Notes: generated by a model from the letters alone, not told the origin. Numbered from the stretch's first letter, positions 36,177-46,065 are shown. The stretch is DNA of 64,000 nt from Acidobacteriota bacterium (GCA_016201275.1 JACQDB010000043.1:339-64338), one strand, 5' to 3'. Numbers and translations: made by a program.

Positions 36177-36325
36177 CTTGTACGGGCGACCCTGCGGTGG
36201 TCGCCCCGGCTTTTGAATTTTGTAGTTTCAAAAGCTCATTGAAAACATTGATGCGATAAGATCGCACGCTTTGAAATCATTTTGAATTTTAATGAGGGAC
36301 GACCACCGCAGGGTCGCCCGTACAG
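36177..36325. repeat. ~29-bp inverted repeat (tgtacgggcgaccctgcggtggtcgcc / ggcgaccaccgcagggtcgcccgtaca) spanning the nuoN-nuoM spacer
   Basis: Arms at ~36177-36207 and ~36296-36325, ~90-nt loop. Confidence 0.55.
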
Positions 36326-36329
36326 TAAA

Positions 36330-38150
36330 TTACTTTGCCTGGCTCTCGACTTCCACAGGCGTAGGCTCACTGATTTTGCTTCCGGTCTTAGTGCTTTGCG
36401 GCATCAATTCGTTGGCAGACTTTTCTTCCGCCATCTTCGGTTCTTCGGGCAGCTTGAAATAATTGGGATCAATCTGCACGACCACCGCTTCGGTCTGCGG
36501 GTTGATGTACGACAGCAACGGTTTGGGATAGATGCCGATCCAGAAAATCAACACGATGAGCGGCGCAAACTGCCACGCTTCTCGCGCATTCAAATCGGGC
36601 AGCGTTTTATTTTTGTCGTTGGTGACGGCACCGAAAAAGACTCTTTGATAAAGCCACAACATATACGCAGCGCCCAAAATAATGCCTACGGTGGCCAGCG
36701 CGCCCCACGTCGCTTTGGCTTCAAACGCGCCTCGCAATACTAGAAACTCGCCGATGAAATTGTTCATCAAAGGCAAGCCCAGCGACGATAGCGTGACGAT
36801 TAAAAAGATTGTCGAGTAGATCGGCATGACCGAGGCCAGGCCGCCAAACTCGGCGATCTCGTAGGTGTGGCGGCGTTCGTAAATCAGACCGGCCAGCATA
36901 AACAGCGCCCCCGTAGAGATGCCATGATTAATCATCTGCATCACCGCGCCGTTGATGCCGTTCGGATTCAAGGCGAACAAACCCAGCATCACAAATCCCA
37001 GATGTGACACCGACGAATAGGCCACCAGTTTCTTAATATCTTTTTGCGCCATCGCCACCAGCGCGCCGTAAATGATGCCGATGATGGCCAACGTAATCAT
37101 CCAGAAACGCACTCGCGGATGCGTCGCCGCATCGGGAAATATCGGCAGCGAAAATCGCATGAAGCCATACGTTCCCATCTTCAGCAAGATGCCCGCGAGG
37201 ATGACCGAGCCTGCCGTGGGCGCGTCGTAGTGGGCGTCCGGCAACCACGTATGAAAGGGGAACATCGGCACTTTGATGGCGAACGACAAGGCAAAGCCTA
37301 CGAATAACCAGATGACTACATTGATACCGAAGACCGTTTTGATGTGCGGCCCGATAGCCGTCAAGGCGGCGATGTTGAACGACGAACGCACATAACTTGA
37401 TGGCAGCGATTTGTTGTCCACGTCTTTGCCATCCACGCGCCGCATAGCGTCTTCGACCAGCTTTCGCATGGCGCTGTTTTCCTGTCCGGTTTCATGATTG
37501 GTGGCGTATTGACGGGCGGTTTCCAGCACCAAACCTTTTTGCGATTTGACGACATCAGGAAAGATGAAGAAGAGTTTTAACACCGCCAAGAGCATCACCA
37601 CGGAACCGACCAAGGTGTAGAGGAAAAATTTAATCGCCGAATAGAGGCGATTTTTGCCGCCCCATATGCCGATCAAAAAGTACATAGGCACGAGCATCAC
37701 TTCCCAAAAGATGAAGAACAGGAAAAGGTCTGCCGAGGCAAACGCGCCAATCATGCCGGTCTGCAACAACAGCAGCATGATGTAGTATTCTTTTTCGCGG
37801 CCTTTGTCGCGGATGTACGACCAAGAGCAGACCGCCGCGATGACGCCAAGCAAAGTGGTCAGCATGATTAAAATCACCGACAAGCCATCAACCGCCACTT
37901 GATAACGCGTTCCGATGATCGGTATCCACTCGAAGTCTTCAATGAATTGCAAACCACCGAGCGCCCGGTCATAGCCCTTGATGCTGCTGCCGAATCCGGT
38001 AATGAGCGGAATCGAAACCACAAAGCACAGTCCCATCCAGAGATTGGCGAACCAGCGAATCGCATCGTTTTTGCTCTTGTTAAATAAGAGTAAGAGGATT
38101 GCCCCAAGCGCCGGCAACCACGTCACCCATGAAAGAATGCCTATCTTCAT
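36330..38150 (-). CDS. nuoM: NADH-quinone oxidoreductase subunit M, with ~70-aa hydrophilic insertion
   Basis: 'HTWLPDAHYDAPT', 'KKLVAYSSVSHLGFV'; 606 aa vs ~500 typical; insertion 'KSQKGLVLETARQYATNHETGQENSAMRKLVEDAMRRVDGKDVDNK'. Confidence 0.85.
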   Translation of the reverse strand: MKIGILSWVTWLPALGAILLLLFNKSKNDAIRWFANLWMGLCFVVSIPLITGFGSSIKGYDRALGGLQFIEDFEWIPIIGTRYQVAVDGLSVILIMLTTLLGVIAAVCSWSYIRDKGREKEYYIMLLLLQTGMIGAFASADLFLFFIFWEVMLVPMYFLIGIWGGKNRLYSAIKFFLYTLVGSVVMLLAVLKLFFIFPDVVKSQKGLVLETARQYATNHETGQENSAMRKLVEDAMRRVDGKDVDNKSLPSSYVRSSFNIAALTAIGPHIKTVFGINVVIWLFVGFALSFAIKVPMFPFHTWLPDAHYDAPTAGSVILAGILLKMGTYGFMRFSLPIFPDAATHPRVRFWMITLAIIGIIYGALVAMAQKDIKKLVAYSSVSHLGFVMLGLFALNPNGINGAVMQMINHGISTGALFMLAGLIYERRHTYEIAEFGGLASVMPIYSTIFLIVTLSSLGLPLMNNFIGEFLVLRGAFEAKATWGALATVGIILGAAYMLWLYQRVFFGAVTNDKNKTLPDLNAREAWQFAPLIVLIFWIGIYPKPLLSYINPQTEAVVVQIDPNYFKLPEEPKMAEEKSANELMPQSTKTGSKISEPTPVEVESQAK

Positions 38151-38280
38151 CGAAGTCTCCTAAGAAGCTAGTTTGTATTCAGAATAATTGCCACGCTTCA
38201 GCCTGATAGAATTTGAAAGACCGATATAGCAAGGGTTCGCACCATGACAGACATCTGACAATCTGCCTCGGAGGGGCAAA

Positions 38281-38446
38281 GGAGATTAGCCAGTGGTGCA
38301 GCCACTGGAAAAGAATCGCCCCTTAGAATTATTTAGCCCGGAAAGGGCGATAGAAAACCAGCTTTCATCTTTCATCCCGCGCCCCTTCAGGGCGCGATTG
38401 ATTACGAAGGCTTTCGTCCAGTGGCTGCACCACTGGCTAATCTCCA
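38281..38446. repeat. Perfect 28-bp inverted repeat ggagattagccagtggtgcagccactgg / ccagtggctgcaccactggctaatctcc in nuoM-nuoL spacer
   Basis: Arms 38281-38308 and 38419-38446; ~110-nt loop containing a second palindrome cgcgccccttcagggcgcg. Confidence 0.6.
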
Positions 38447-38577
38447 TCGCGCTTTCAGCGCGAACACAAAGCTCTATCTCTTTTCAAAGACCTTGGCTGA
38501 AAATTTCAAGTACCTAAAACGGCTCGAAAGATTAAAACGAAAATCAAACAGCAAAAACGGCGATAAGCAAAGCCACA

Positions 38578-40995
38578 TCACTTCGCCCCGAACAAGCCTT
38601 TGAGGGTCGCAGAGATCGCCGGATAAATGTAAAACGCCACAATGATAAACAAGCCCAGCGTAAAGACCAGCACATAGTTTTGCCAGAAGCCGGTTTGAAA
38701 AGTACGCAGCACCAGCGACCCGCCTTTGCTGATCCACCCCGTCGCGTTGACCAATAAATCAATCACGTATTTGTCCCACAGATTGCTCAGACGCGCCCAC
38801 AAACGGGTCAACGCGCCCGCACCGTTTACGCCGCCATCCACCACCGTCGCGTCCACCGCCCACAAAGCGTTGTTGACGACTTTACCTGCTGCTACGCCTT
38901 TTACGTCGAGCAAGTAATCCCAATACCACTTGTTGAAACTGAGTTTGTACAGCGGCTGCAATTTCGCGCCCCACGCTTTCGCCAGTCCGGGTTTATCTAA
39001 ATAAAAAACTTTTGCCAGATACATACCAAGCAAAGCGACGAGTACGGAAGCCATCATCAAAATAAGTTCGAGCATCTGGAACGGTTTGTGTTCGCCTTCT
39101 TCGTGCGTTGCTTGCGAGGTTGCTTGCGCTTCGCTGGCAGTAGATTCAGCAGCGTTGTGCGCTTCACTGGCAGTGGTTTGCGGCGTGCCATGCGCTTCGA
39201 CAGTGGCGGTCGTGGCGTGTTGCGGTGTGGCGTGAACTTTTTCAATCACCGGATCAAGCCAATGCTCGAAGGCACTGGCGTGCGGAATACCAAGCAGCCC
39301 TATGAAAAGCGAGAAAGCCGCCAGCACGATTAACGGAATCGTCATGCTCTTGGGCGATTCGTGCGGCTCAAAATGATGATGCGCGGCGGTGTGCGTAACA
39401 AAGGGATCGCTGGCGTCTTTCGCGCCGACGTGTTCACCTGGTTGATGATGCGGACGGTCGCCTGCCGAAGCGGTCACGGCGTCGTGCGGTTTCAAATCCT
39501 TATCGTAAGCGGCAGCGTGCGCTTCGTCGGCCTCGCCACCTGCGTGAACTTTGCGAAAGCGCTCTTCGCCCCAGAACGTCAAAGCCATCAAGCGCGTCAT
39601 GTAAAACGCCGTGATGCCAGCGGTGAACAAGCCGACAATCCACAAAATTTTCGCGCCGCCGAAGCGCGTTGTATCAAAGGTATTCCAGAGAATTTCATCT
39701 TTCGACCAGAAGCCTGCCCATAGGGGAATGCCGCAGATGGCTAGCCAGCCCATCAGCATGGTCTTGTAAGTCGTCGGCAGATATTTTTTCAAGCCGCCCA
39801 TGCGCGGCATCTCCTGTTCGTGGTGCATACCATGTATGACCGAACCGGAGCCGAGGAAAAGCAGAGCTTTGAAAAAAGCGTGGGTGAAGACGTGAAAGAT
39901 AGCGGCTACGAAAGCGCCTACGCCTGCGCCTAAAAACATAAAGCCGAGTTGCGAGACCGTCGAATAAGCGAGAACTTTTTTGATGTCGGTTTGCGTGATG
40001 CCTATGGTTGCGGCGATGAATGCCGTCAAACAACCGACCACCGCGACCACCATCATCATGGTCGTCGAGCGTTGAAAAAAGAAATTGGTGCGCGTCACCA
40101 TAAAGACGCCTGCGGTCACCATAGTCGCCGCGTGTATCAAGGCAGACACCGGCGTGGGGCCTGCCATAGCGTCCGGCAACCAGATGAATAAAGGAATCTG
40201 CGCGCTCTTGCCGGTCGCCCCGATGAACAAGCCCAGCGCAATCCAACTCATCAAACCGAACGCGCCCAGCGCTTCCGGCGGATAGGCTTTCGCCAGTGCC
40301 GCCAGATCATGAAACTGCAAAGTGCCGAACATAGCAAAGACGCCAAAGATGGCCAGGGCAAAGCCTAAATCGCCTATGCGGTTGACGACGAAAGCTTTTT
40401 TGGCGGCGTCGCCCGCTTCCTGTCGGTTGATGTAATAGCCGATCAGCAGGTAGGAACATAATCCCACGCCTTCCCAGCCGACGAACATAATCATGAAGTT
40501 CGATCCCATCACCAACAGCAGCATCATGAACATAAACAGATTCAGGTACGAGAAGAAGCGATAGAAGCCGGGGTCGCCGTGCATATAGCCGGTCGCGAAG
40601 ATGTGAATCAAAAAGCCTACGAAGGTGACGACGAACATCATGACCAGCGAGAGTTGGTCTATTTGATAGCTCCACTCGATATTGAAATTCGCCAGCTTGC
40701 CTTTGTCTGCGCCTTGCGTGAGATGAGCGCGTCCGCCAGGCATCCAGGTAAAGCTGAAGCCGCCGGGTTCTTTGCTTGTGATATAAGGCTTGTCTGCGTT
40801 GTTGGGATTGAAACTGGTTTTGTATTCCACGAATGCGCCTATGGTAATCAACAGCGACAGCCCGATGACACCGCAGGCAATCCACGACACGACCTTTTCG
40901 CTGAGGTGCAGTTTTTTGCCCAAGAGAAAATTGATAAGGAAACCCAACAGTGGAAAGACAGGAATCAGCCAGACGAGTTTTAACATAATAGTCAT
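38578..40995 (-). CDS. nuoL: NADH-quinone oxidoreductase subunit L, with ~150-aa His/Ala/Thr-rich insertion
   Basis: 'WLPDAMAGPTPVSALIHAATMVTAG'; 805 aa vs ~610-650 typical; insertion region 'EADEAHAAAYDKDLKPHD...HHHFEPHESPK...HATPQHATTATVEAHGTPQ'. Confidence 0.85.
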   Translation of the reverse strand: MTIMLKLVWLIPVFPLLGFLINFLLGKKLHLSEKVVSWIACGVIGLSLLITIGAFVEYKTSFNPNNADKPYITSKEPGGFSFTWMPGGRAHLTQGADKGKLANFNIEWSYQIDQLSLVMMFVVTFVGFLIHIFATGYMHGDPGFYRFFSYLNLFMFMMLLLVMGSNFMIMFVGWEGVGLCSYLLIGYYINRQEAGDAAKKAFVVNRIGDLGFALAIFGVFAMFGTLQFHDLAALAKAYPPEALGAFGLMSWIALGLFIGATGKSAQIPLFIWLPDAMAGPTPVSALIHAATMVTAGVFMVTRTNFFFQRSTTMMMVVAVVGCLTAFIAATIGITQTDIKKVLAYSTVSQLGFMFLGAGVGAFVAAIFHVFTHAFFKALLFLGSGSVIHGMHHEQEMPRMGGLKKYLPTTYKTMLMGWLAICGIPLWAGFWSKDEILWNTFDTTRFGGAKILWIVGLFTAGITAFYMTRLMALTFWGEERFRKVHAGGEADEAHAAAYDKDLKPHDAVTASAGDRPHHQPGEHVGAKDASDPFVTHTAAHHHFEPHESPKSMTIPLIVLAAFSLFIGLLGIPHASAFEHWLDPVIEKVHATPQHATTATVEAHGTPQTTASEAHNAAESTASEAQATSQATHEEGEHKPFQMLELILMMASVLVALLGMYLAKVFYLDKPGLAKAWGAKLQPLYKLSFNKWYWDYLLDVKGVAAGKVVNNALWAVDATVVDGGVNGAGALTRLWARLSNLWDKYVIDLLVNATGWISKGGSLVLRTFQTGFWQNYVLVFTLGLFIIVAFYIYPAISATLKGLFGAK

Positions 40996-41095
40996 TAGTC
41001 CTTAGTCCTTAGTCCCTAGTCCTTAGTCTTCAGTTAAAGGTTTCGGCTCGTGAAAGCATTTAACTAAGGACTAGGGACTAAGGACTAAGGACTAA
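40996..41095. repeat. Intercistronic tandem-heptamer hairpin (AGTCCTT x5 / AAGGACT x4) between nuoK stop and nuoL start
   Basis: tagtccttagtccttagtccctagtccttagtcttcag ... ctaaggactagggactaaggactaaggactaa. The left arm abuts the nuoL start codon (40993-40995) and the right arm ends 1 nt from the nuoK stop. Confidence 0.7.
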
Positions 41096-41096
41096 A

Positions 41097-41579
41097 CTAA
41101 AATTTCAGTAAATCAATTTCGTCAATCGCTATGGTTTCGCGGTTGCGGAACAGCGCGATGACGATGCCCAAGCCGACGGCGGCTTCTGCAGCGGCGACAA
41201 CAATGATGAAAATGGTAAAGACCGGCCCGGCCAACGGGTTGACGGTCATACCGGCGCTTTTGAATGCTGTATTGAACGCTTCCTGATTGATTTGAAAGTA
41301 GCGCGAGAACGCGATCAGGTTCAGATTAACCGCGTTCAAAATTAATTCGATGGACATGAAAATGATGATGATGTTGCGGCGCGATAACACTCCGGCGACG
41401 CCTACGACGAAGAGCAGAAAACTCAACATCATGAAATTGACCAGCGTCGGCTCGAAGCGTTCCAGATTCGGCCAGACATACTTGTACGAAACGAAGCCAA
41501 CCGCACCTAAGAAAAGTACGGTGAAGATAAGGTTCGGGAGGTTGTCGCGTGAAAAGAATTTTTTAAGTCCAGAGGGCAT
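41097..41579 (-). CDS. nuoK: NADH-quinone oxidoreductase subunit K with N-terminal extra TM extension
   Basis: Canonical NuoK core from '[16 protein letters not shown]...[15 protein letters not shown]'; upstream in-frame ATG at 41579 has a GAGGAG SD at 9 nt, supporting the 160-aa form with an additional helix '[16 protein letters not shown]'. Confidence 0.8.
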   Translation of the reverse strand: MPSGLKKFFSRDNLPNLIFTVLFLGAVGFVSYKYVWPNLERFEPTLVNFMMLSFLLFVVGVAGVLSRRNIIIIFMSIELILNAVNLNLIAFSRYFQINQEAFNTAFKSAGMTVNPLAGPVFTIFIIVVAAAEAAVGLGIVIALFRNRETIAIDEIDLLKF

Positions 41580-41617
41580 TTATCCTTACTCCTCAATGGG
41601 TGAAAACCGAACTGCTG

Positions 41618-41688
41618 AGTTTGGCGTGCCGCCTGCAAGCGGTTGCTGCGGCTTTCAGGAAAACCGCCTGTAGGCGGCACGCCAAACT
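41618..41688. repeat. Inverted repeat gtttggcgtgccgcc / ggcggcacgccaaac in nuoK-nuoJ spacer
   Basis: 15-bp perfect core, arms extend imperfectly to ~25 bp. Confidence 0.55.
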
Positions 41689-41749
41689 TTTCTGTTTAAT
41701 CATGGCCAATGAAACGGCGTTGCGATTGCCCGGCGCGGCCTTAGCAGCC

Positions 41750-42349
41750 TTATTCGCTGGGTTCGTAAAGCTTCTCTTGTTTGGTGCCGCGAGCCAACAA
41801 CACCGCGCCCACCATTGCTACCAGCAACAACACCGAAGCGATTTCAAACGGCAAGGCGGCTTCTTTGTAAAGCGATTGGCCTACCTCTTGAGTGTCGGTG
41901 GAAATCTGCGAGCCAGCGCCTGACTTGGTGGATTCCGCTGGCGCTTCTTTGCTTTGCGCGGCGGCCTCGGAAGGCTGCGGGCGAAATGCCGGTTGCGCCG
42001 AATTCATGGCAAAGAAAAACGACACCGCCAATAGCAAAGTAAGCATCACCGCTGGCCACATCTGCCCGGTGTAGAGTTTTACTTTCGCCTCTTCTTCGGC
42101 GCGGGTCTGCACCAACATGATGACAAACAGAAACAGCACCATCACGCCGCCTACATAAACCAGTATCTGCACACCAGCGACAAATTCGGCGCGCAGCAGG
42201 ATGAACAACAAGGCGATGTTGACCAGCGTTGAAATCAGAAAGAGAGCCGAATGCACGGCCAATCGCGCCGACACCACCAACACGCCCATGATGAGCGTTG
42301 AAAATGCCAGCACATAAAACAGCACTGCTTCCCAACCGTGTAATTGCAT
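41750..42349 (-). CDS. nuoJ: NADH-quinone oxidoreductase subunit J
   Basis: 5-TM ND6-like; 'MQLHGWEAVLFYVLA...'; hydrophilic A/S/E-rich segment before last helix. Confidence 0.8.
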   Translation of the reverse strand: MQLHGWEAVLFYVLAFSTLIMGVLVVSARLAVHSALFLISTLVNIALLFILLRAEFVAGVQILVYVGGVMVLFLFVIMLVQTRAEEEAKVKLYTGQMWPAVMLTLLLAVSFFFAMNSAQPAFRPQPSEAAAQSKEAPAESTKSGAGSQISTDTQEVGQSLYKEAALPFEIASVLLLVAMVGAVLLARGTKQEKLYEPSE

Positions 42350-42350
42350 C

Positions 42351-42452
42351 GTAGTCCTTAATCCTTAGTCCTTAGTCCTTAGTTCCCTTTCTTTGATATT
42401 CAGGTCGGTGGCAGATTTCTCTCACCGACTAATGACCAGGGACTAAGGACTA
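42351..42452. repeat. Intercistronic tandem-heptamer hairpin between nuoI stop and nuoJ start
   Basis: gtagtccttaatccttagtccttagtccttagttccc ... gactaatgaccagggactaaggactat; the right arm overlaps the nuoI TAG; nested 7-bp stem gtcggtg/caccgac inside the loop. Confidence 0.7.
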
Positions 42453-42995
42453 TTTCGTGTACTTGACGTAGCTGATGCCTTTTTCGAGCATCTCGCGGTC
42501 CCAACGAAAGCCTGAGCGATGATAGACGGCAAGCTCGAAACCTTGAGTCAATTCTAGGCAATCCGTTGGGCAGGCTTCCGAACAGAGATTGCAAAACATA
42601 CAACGCGAGGTGTCGAAGGTAAACGTCGTCAGCACTTTTTTCTTGTTCACCTTTGCGCCATCGCGCACTTCGCGGCGAATCGAACCGACATCTATGCAGT
42701 CCACCGGACAGGCCAGCGCGCACAGGTCGCAAGCGATGCACAAGGTGCCGCCGGTTTCCGGGTCAAGGTTCAAACGCGGCGCGCCTCGGTAACGCTCCGA
42801 CACTCGCGCCGCCTCAAGCGGGTACTGCTCGGTGTAGAGCGCTTGATGCGGATTGCCGCCATCGCGTTTTTCATACAGAGCGCGAATATTATATTTGAAG
42901 GTTACGGCCAGACCCTTGAAGAGGTCTAAAAGTAACAGCCGTTTGATAATGCCGGAGAAACTGCGCTTTCTTCCGGCTACGTTTATTGCTGGCAT
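42450..42995 (-). CDS. nuoI: NADH-quinone oxidoreductase subunit I (2x[4Fe-4S] ferredoxin)
   Basis: 'CIACDLCALACPVDC' and 'CMFCNLCSEACPTDC'. Confidence 0.9.
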   Translation of the reverse strand: MPAINVAGRKRSFSGIIKRLLLLDLFKGLAVTFKYNIRALYEKRDGGNPHQALYTEQYPLEAARVSERYRGAPRLNLDPETGGTLCIACDLCALACPVDCIDVGSIRREVRDGAKVNKKKVLTTFTFDTSRCMFCNLCSEACPTDCLELTQGFELAVYHRSGFRWDREMLEKGISYVKYTK

Positions 42996-43077
42996 AATTC
43001 ACCTACTTACAAAAAACCAAACTTGATAGCGCAAAAAACCATTGGTTGATGCGAATCGTTAATCACAGAATCCGTTT

Positions 43078-43245
43078 TTGCGGCTCTGCCGCTTTGAGAT
43101 GCGGAAAGGCTCGGACTTTCCGGCAAGGCGACAGGAACGCTTCAACGGCTACGCCGCCAATTGGGGCGCAGCCCCGAAACCTTTCAACGAATCCTCCGGC
43201 GGGGCAAAGCCACCGCCGCACATCAAAGCGGCAAAGCCGCCTGAC
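43078..43245. repeat. Diverged third copy of the palindromic MITE-like element (see 55700 and 57131)
   Basis: gccgctttgagatgcggaaaggc ... ccgcacatcaaagcggcaaagccgc mirrors the core gccgctttgaggtgcggagaggc ... ccgcacctcaaagcggcatagccgc of the other copies. Lies in the 345-bp nuoI-nuoH spacer. Confidence 0.5.
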
Positions 43246-43340
43246 GCTTTGACACAGAACCCCTAACAGGAAGGCGTTGGTTTATCAATCGGAAATCGCC
43301 GCTTAACCCTGATTCAAGAATGCGGCGCTCAATCTTAAAC

Positions 43341-44705
43341 TTATTCCGCTGCTTCGGCGTTTTCCATCTTTTTCAAACGCTCGCGGCGCAACTTGAATTG
43401 TAACTGGCGCTGCTCGTCGAGATTGAAATCATTGGAGCGCCGATTGATTGCCGCAAGCAGCGCCCAGACCATTGGAACCGTAATGAGAAAACCTGTAGCT
43501 ACGAAATAGATAACGCCTGCCCACTGGGTTGGCACTAATCGCCCACTCACATCTTTCATGAAATTAAATCTCAAGAAAAATTTTAGAAAGTCCGGGAGTG
43601 AGGCTTTTGTACTAGGCAATGCAAGCACATACCAGATAGCGGTCATCACGATGTTTGCGAGTCCCGCCGGAATCATCCACTTCCAGCCAATCTCCATCAA
43701 CTGGTCGTAGCGATAACGCGGCCACGTCCAGCGTATCCACATGAAAGCGTAAATCAACACCATCACCTTCGTGGCGAAAATAACGATGCTCAAAAAGACG
43801 AACAGATTGGGCGAAGACTTTTCGATAAGGCTCAGGCCGGGAAACGACCAGCCGCCCAGATAAAGTGTCACGGCAATCGAAGAGGTGACAATCATCGCGG
43901 TGTATTCCGCCATAAAAAACAGCGCCCAGCGAAAGCCCGAATACTCGGTGTGATAACCGGCGACGAGTTCCGATTCGGCTTCCGGCAAATCAAAAGGTGC
44001 GCGATTGGTTTCGCCTAACGCGCAGATGACGTAAACCAGAAAGCCCAGCGGTTGAAAGAAGAAATACCATACGCCATCGGCGCGTTGCGCTTCGACAATG
44101 CCATTCATCGAAAGCGTGCGCGCAAACATCAAGGCTCCGATAATCGAAAGCCCCATGCCGATTTCATAACTCAACATCTGCGCCGACGAACGCAATGCGC
44201 CAAGCAGTGAATACTTCGAGTTGGAAGACCAACCGGCCAACACCAACCCCAACACCGCGACCGACGAAACCGCCAGAATAAACAGCAGGCCAATGTTGAC
44301 GTTGGCAATCGTTCCCCAGCCTGCGCCCCACGGCACCACCGCAAGAACGACCAGAGCGGCGACCACGGCGATAATCGGCGCGAGTTGAAAAATCGCTTTG
44401 TCGGCTTTAATCGGGATGATGTCTTCTTTGAGCAGCAGTTTCAAACCATCGGCAGCCGGTTGCAAAAGTCCCCAAGGGCCTACGCGCATAGGGCCAAGCC
44501 GCGCCTGCATGAAGGCCGACACCTTGCGCTCCAGATAAACCAGATAGGCAACCAGGGTCAAGATGATGAACAGCACCACGATGATTTGAATGAGCGGCCA
44601 GACGATGTACTCCGACCAAAAGACATTCGGCTGTTTCTCTTTGGTGAGATATTCTCGCACCCATTGCGGCGCAACCAGGAGTAATGTCGAAAGTATAGCT
44701 GTCAT
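43341..44705 (-). CDS. nuoH: NADH-quinone oxidoreductase subunit H, with ~80-aa C-terminal extension
   Basis: 'EAESELVAGYHTEYSG' signature; 454 aa vs ~330-350 typical; extra C-terminal TM + basic coiled tail. Confidence 0.9.
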   Translation of the reverse strand: MTAILSTLLLVAPQWVREYLTKEKQPNVFWSEYIVWPLIQIIVVLFIILTLVAYLVYLERKVSAFMQARLGPMRVGPWGLLQPAADGLKLLLKEDIIPIKADKAIFQLAPIIAVVAALVVLAVVPWGAGWGTIANVNIGLLFILAVSSVAVLGLVLAGWSSNSKYSLLGALRSSAQMLSYEIGMGLSIIGALMFARTLSMNGIVEAQRADGVWYFFFQPLGFLVYVICALGETNRAPFDLPEAESELVAGYHTEYSGFRWALFFMAEYTAMIVTSSIAVTLYLGGWSFPGLSLIEKSSPNLFVFLSIVIFATKVMVLIYAFMWIRWTWPRYRYDQLMEIGWKWMIPAGLANIVMTAIWYVLALPSTKASLPDFLKFFLRFNFMKDVSGRLVPTQWAGVIYFVATGFLITVPMVWALLAAINRRSNDFNLDEQRQLQFKLRRERLKKMENAEAAE

Positions 44706-44717
44706 AATAATCCAAGT

Positions 44718-44832
44718 GCTGAGGACTGAGGGCTAAGGACTGAGTAAGAAATTAGACGCAAGCTATCAGGTTTGCGATTTGCCAATCATTGCAGACAAGT
44801 TTTTCACTCAGTCCTCAGTCCTCAGTCCTTTA
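44718..44832. repeat. Intercistronic hairpin, GACTGAG/CTCAGTC heptamer variant, between nuoD stop and nuoH start
   Basis: gctgaggactgagggctaaggactgagtaag ... cactcagtcctcagtcctcagtccttta; right arm includes the nuoD TAA. Confidence 0.65.
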
Positions 44833-45963
44833 TCTATCAACTTCGCCTAAAACGATGTCAATCGTTCCGATAATTGCCACCACATCGGCAACCAGATGGC
44901 CTATGGACATTTTCTTCAACGCCTGTAGATTAATGTATGAAGGCGGACGGATACGCATACGATAGGGTTTGCCGGTTCCGTCGCTCACCAGGTAAACGCC
45001 GATTTCGCCTTTGGGCGCTTCTATCGAATGATAGATTTCGCCGACCGGCGGCTTGATAATCTTCGGCACTTTCGCCATCACCGGCCCTTCCGGCAAACCA
45101 TCGAGCGCCTGTTCGATGATACTGAGCGATTGCCGCATCTCTGCCATGCGACAAAGATAGCGGTCATAAGTGTCGCCGTTTTCGCCCACCGGAATTTCAA
45201 AATCGAAATCGGCATAAGCCGCATACGGTTGCGCTTTGCGTATGTCGTATTTGACGCCCGAACCGCGCAGTACGGGGCCGGTCAAACTCAAATTGATAGC
45301 GTCTTCGGCAGACAACACGCCTATGCCAACGGTGCGGCTCAACCAGATACGGTTGCTGTTTAACAGCGTTTCATATTCATCAATGCGAGTGGGCATCATC
45401 TTCAAAAATTCTTTGACGCGATCAACGAATTCCGGGTAGGCGTCCCATTGCAGACCGCCGATGCGGAAAGCGTGTGCGGTGAGCCGTGCGCCGATGAAGT
45501 CTTCAAAGATTTTTAAGATCTCTTCGCGTTCGCGGAAACAGTAGAGCAAGACCGTCACCGCGCCTATATCAATGGCGTGCGTACCAAGCCACAACAGATG
45601 CGAAGCGATGCGCTGCAATTCAGTCAGGGCAACGCGCAGATATTGCGCGCGACGCGGCACTTCGACCTGCAATAATTTTTCTACGCCCTCGACGTAACAC
45701 AAATCGTTGGAGACGGCGGCGACATAATCGAGCCGATCCCAATAAGGCGTGATCATTTGATAGGTGTCGTGTTCGGCAATCTTTTCCACACCGCGATGCA
45801 GATAGCCGATGTCACAATCGAGGTCGGTTACGGTTTCGCCGTCGAGTTTTAAGATGACGCGCAACACGCCGTGCGTCGAAGGATGCTGCGGCCCCATGTT
45901 CAGCACCATCTCTTCGGCGTCGAGCAGCGTTTCGTGCGGTTTAATCGCTTCCTGGCTTTGCAT
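44830..45963 (-). CDS. nuoD: NADH-quinone oxidoreductase subunit D (49-kDa)
   Basis: '[14 protein letters not shown]', 'GYLHRGVEK', C-terminal 'GEVDR'. Confidence 0.9.
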   Translation of the reverse strand: MQSQEAIKPHETLLDAEEMVLNMGPQHPSTHGVLRVILKLDGETVTDLDCDIGYLHRGVEKIAEHDTYQMITPYWDRLDYVAAVSNDLCYVEGVEKLLQVEVPRRAQYLRVALTELQRIASHLLWLGTHAIDIGAVTVLLYCFREREEILKIFEDFIGARLTAHAFRIGGLQWDAYPEFVDRVKEFLKMMPTRIDEYETLLNSNRIWLSRTVGIGVLSAEDAINLSLTGPVLRGSGVKYDIRKAQPYAAYADFDFEIPVGENGDTYDRYLCRMAEMRQSLSIIEQALDGLPEGPVMAKVPKIIKPPVGEIYHSIEAPKGEIGVYLVSDGTGKPYRMRIRPPSYINLQALKKMSIGHLVADVVAIIGTIDIVLGEVDR

Positions 45964-45969
45964 AAGTAT

Positions 45970-46065
45970 GAGTCCTTAGTCCTCAGTCCTTAGTCCTCAG
46001 CTTGTCGTCACACGCTTTCGTTCGAGCGAATAACTAATGACCAGGGACTAAGGACTAGGGACTAA
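45970..46065. repeat. Intercistronic tandem-heptamer hairpin between nuoC stop and nuoD start
   Basis: gagtccttagtcctcagtccttagtcctcag ... taactaatgaccagggactaaggactagggactaa; the right arm is near-identical to that of the 42351 hairpin (ctaatgaccagggactaaggacta). Confidence 0.7.

Noticed and set aside
43046-43266. Two ~65-aa ORFs in the nuoI-nuoH spacer
   Set aside because: They run through the MITE-like repeat copy 3; repeat-derived, not coding.
40996-46065. Considered whether the AGTCCTT repeat clusters are a CRISPR array
   Set aside because: Units are 7 nt and contiguous with no unique spacers; arranged as inverted arms, not direct repeat-spacer units; no cas genes.
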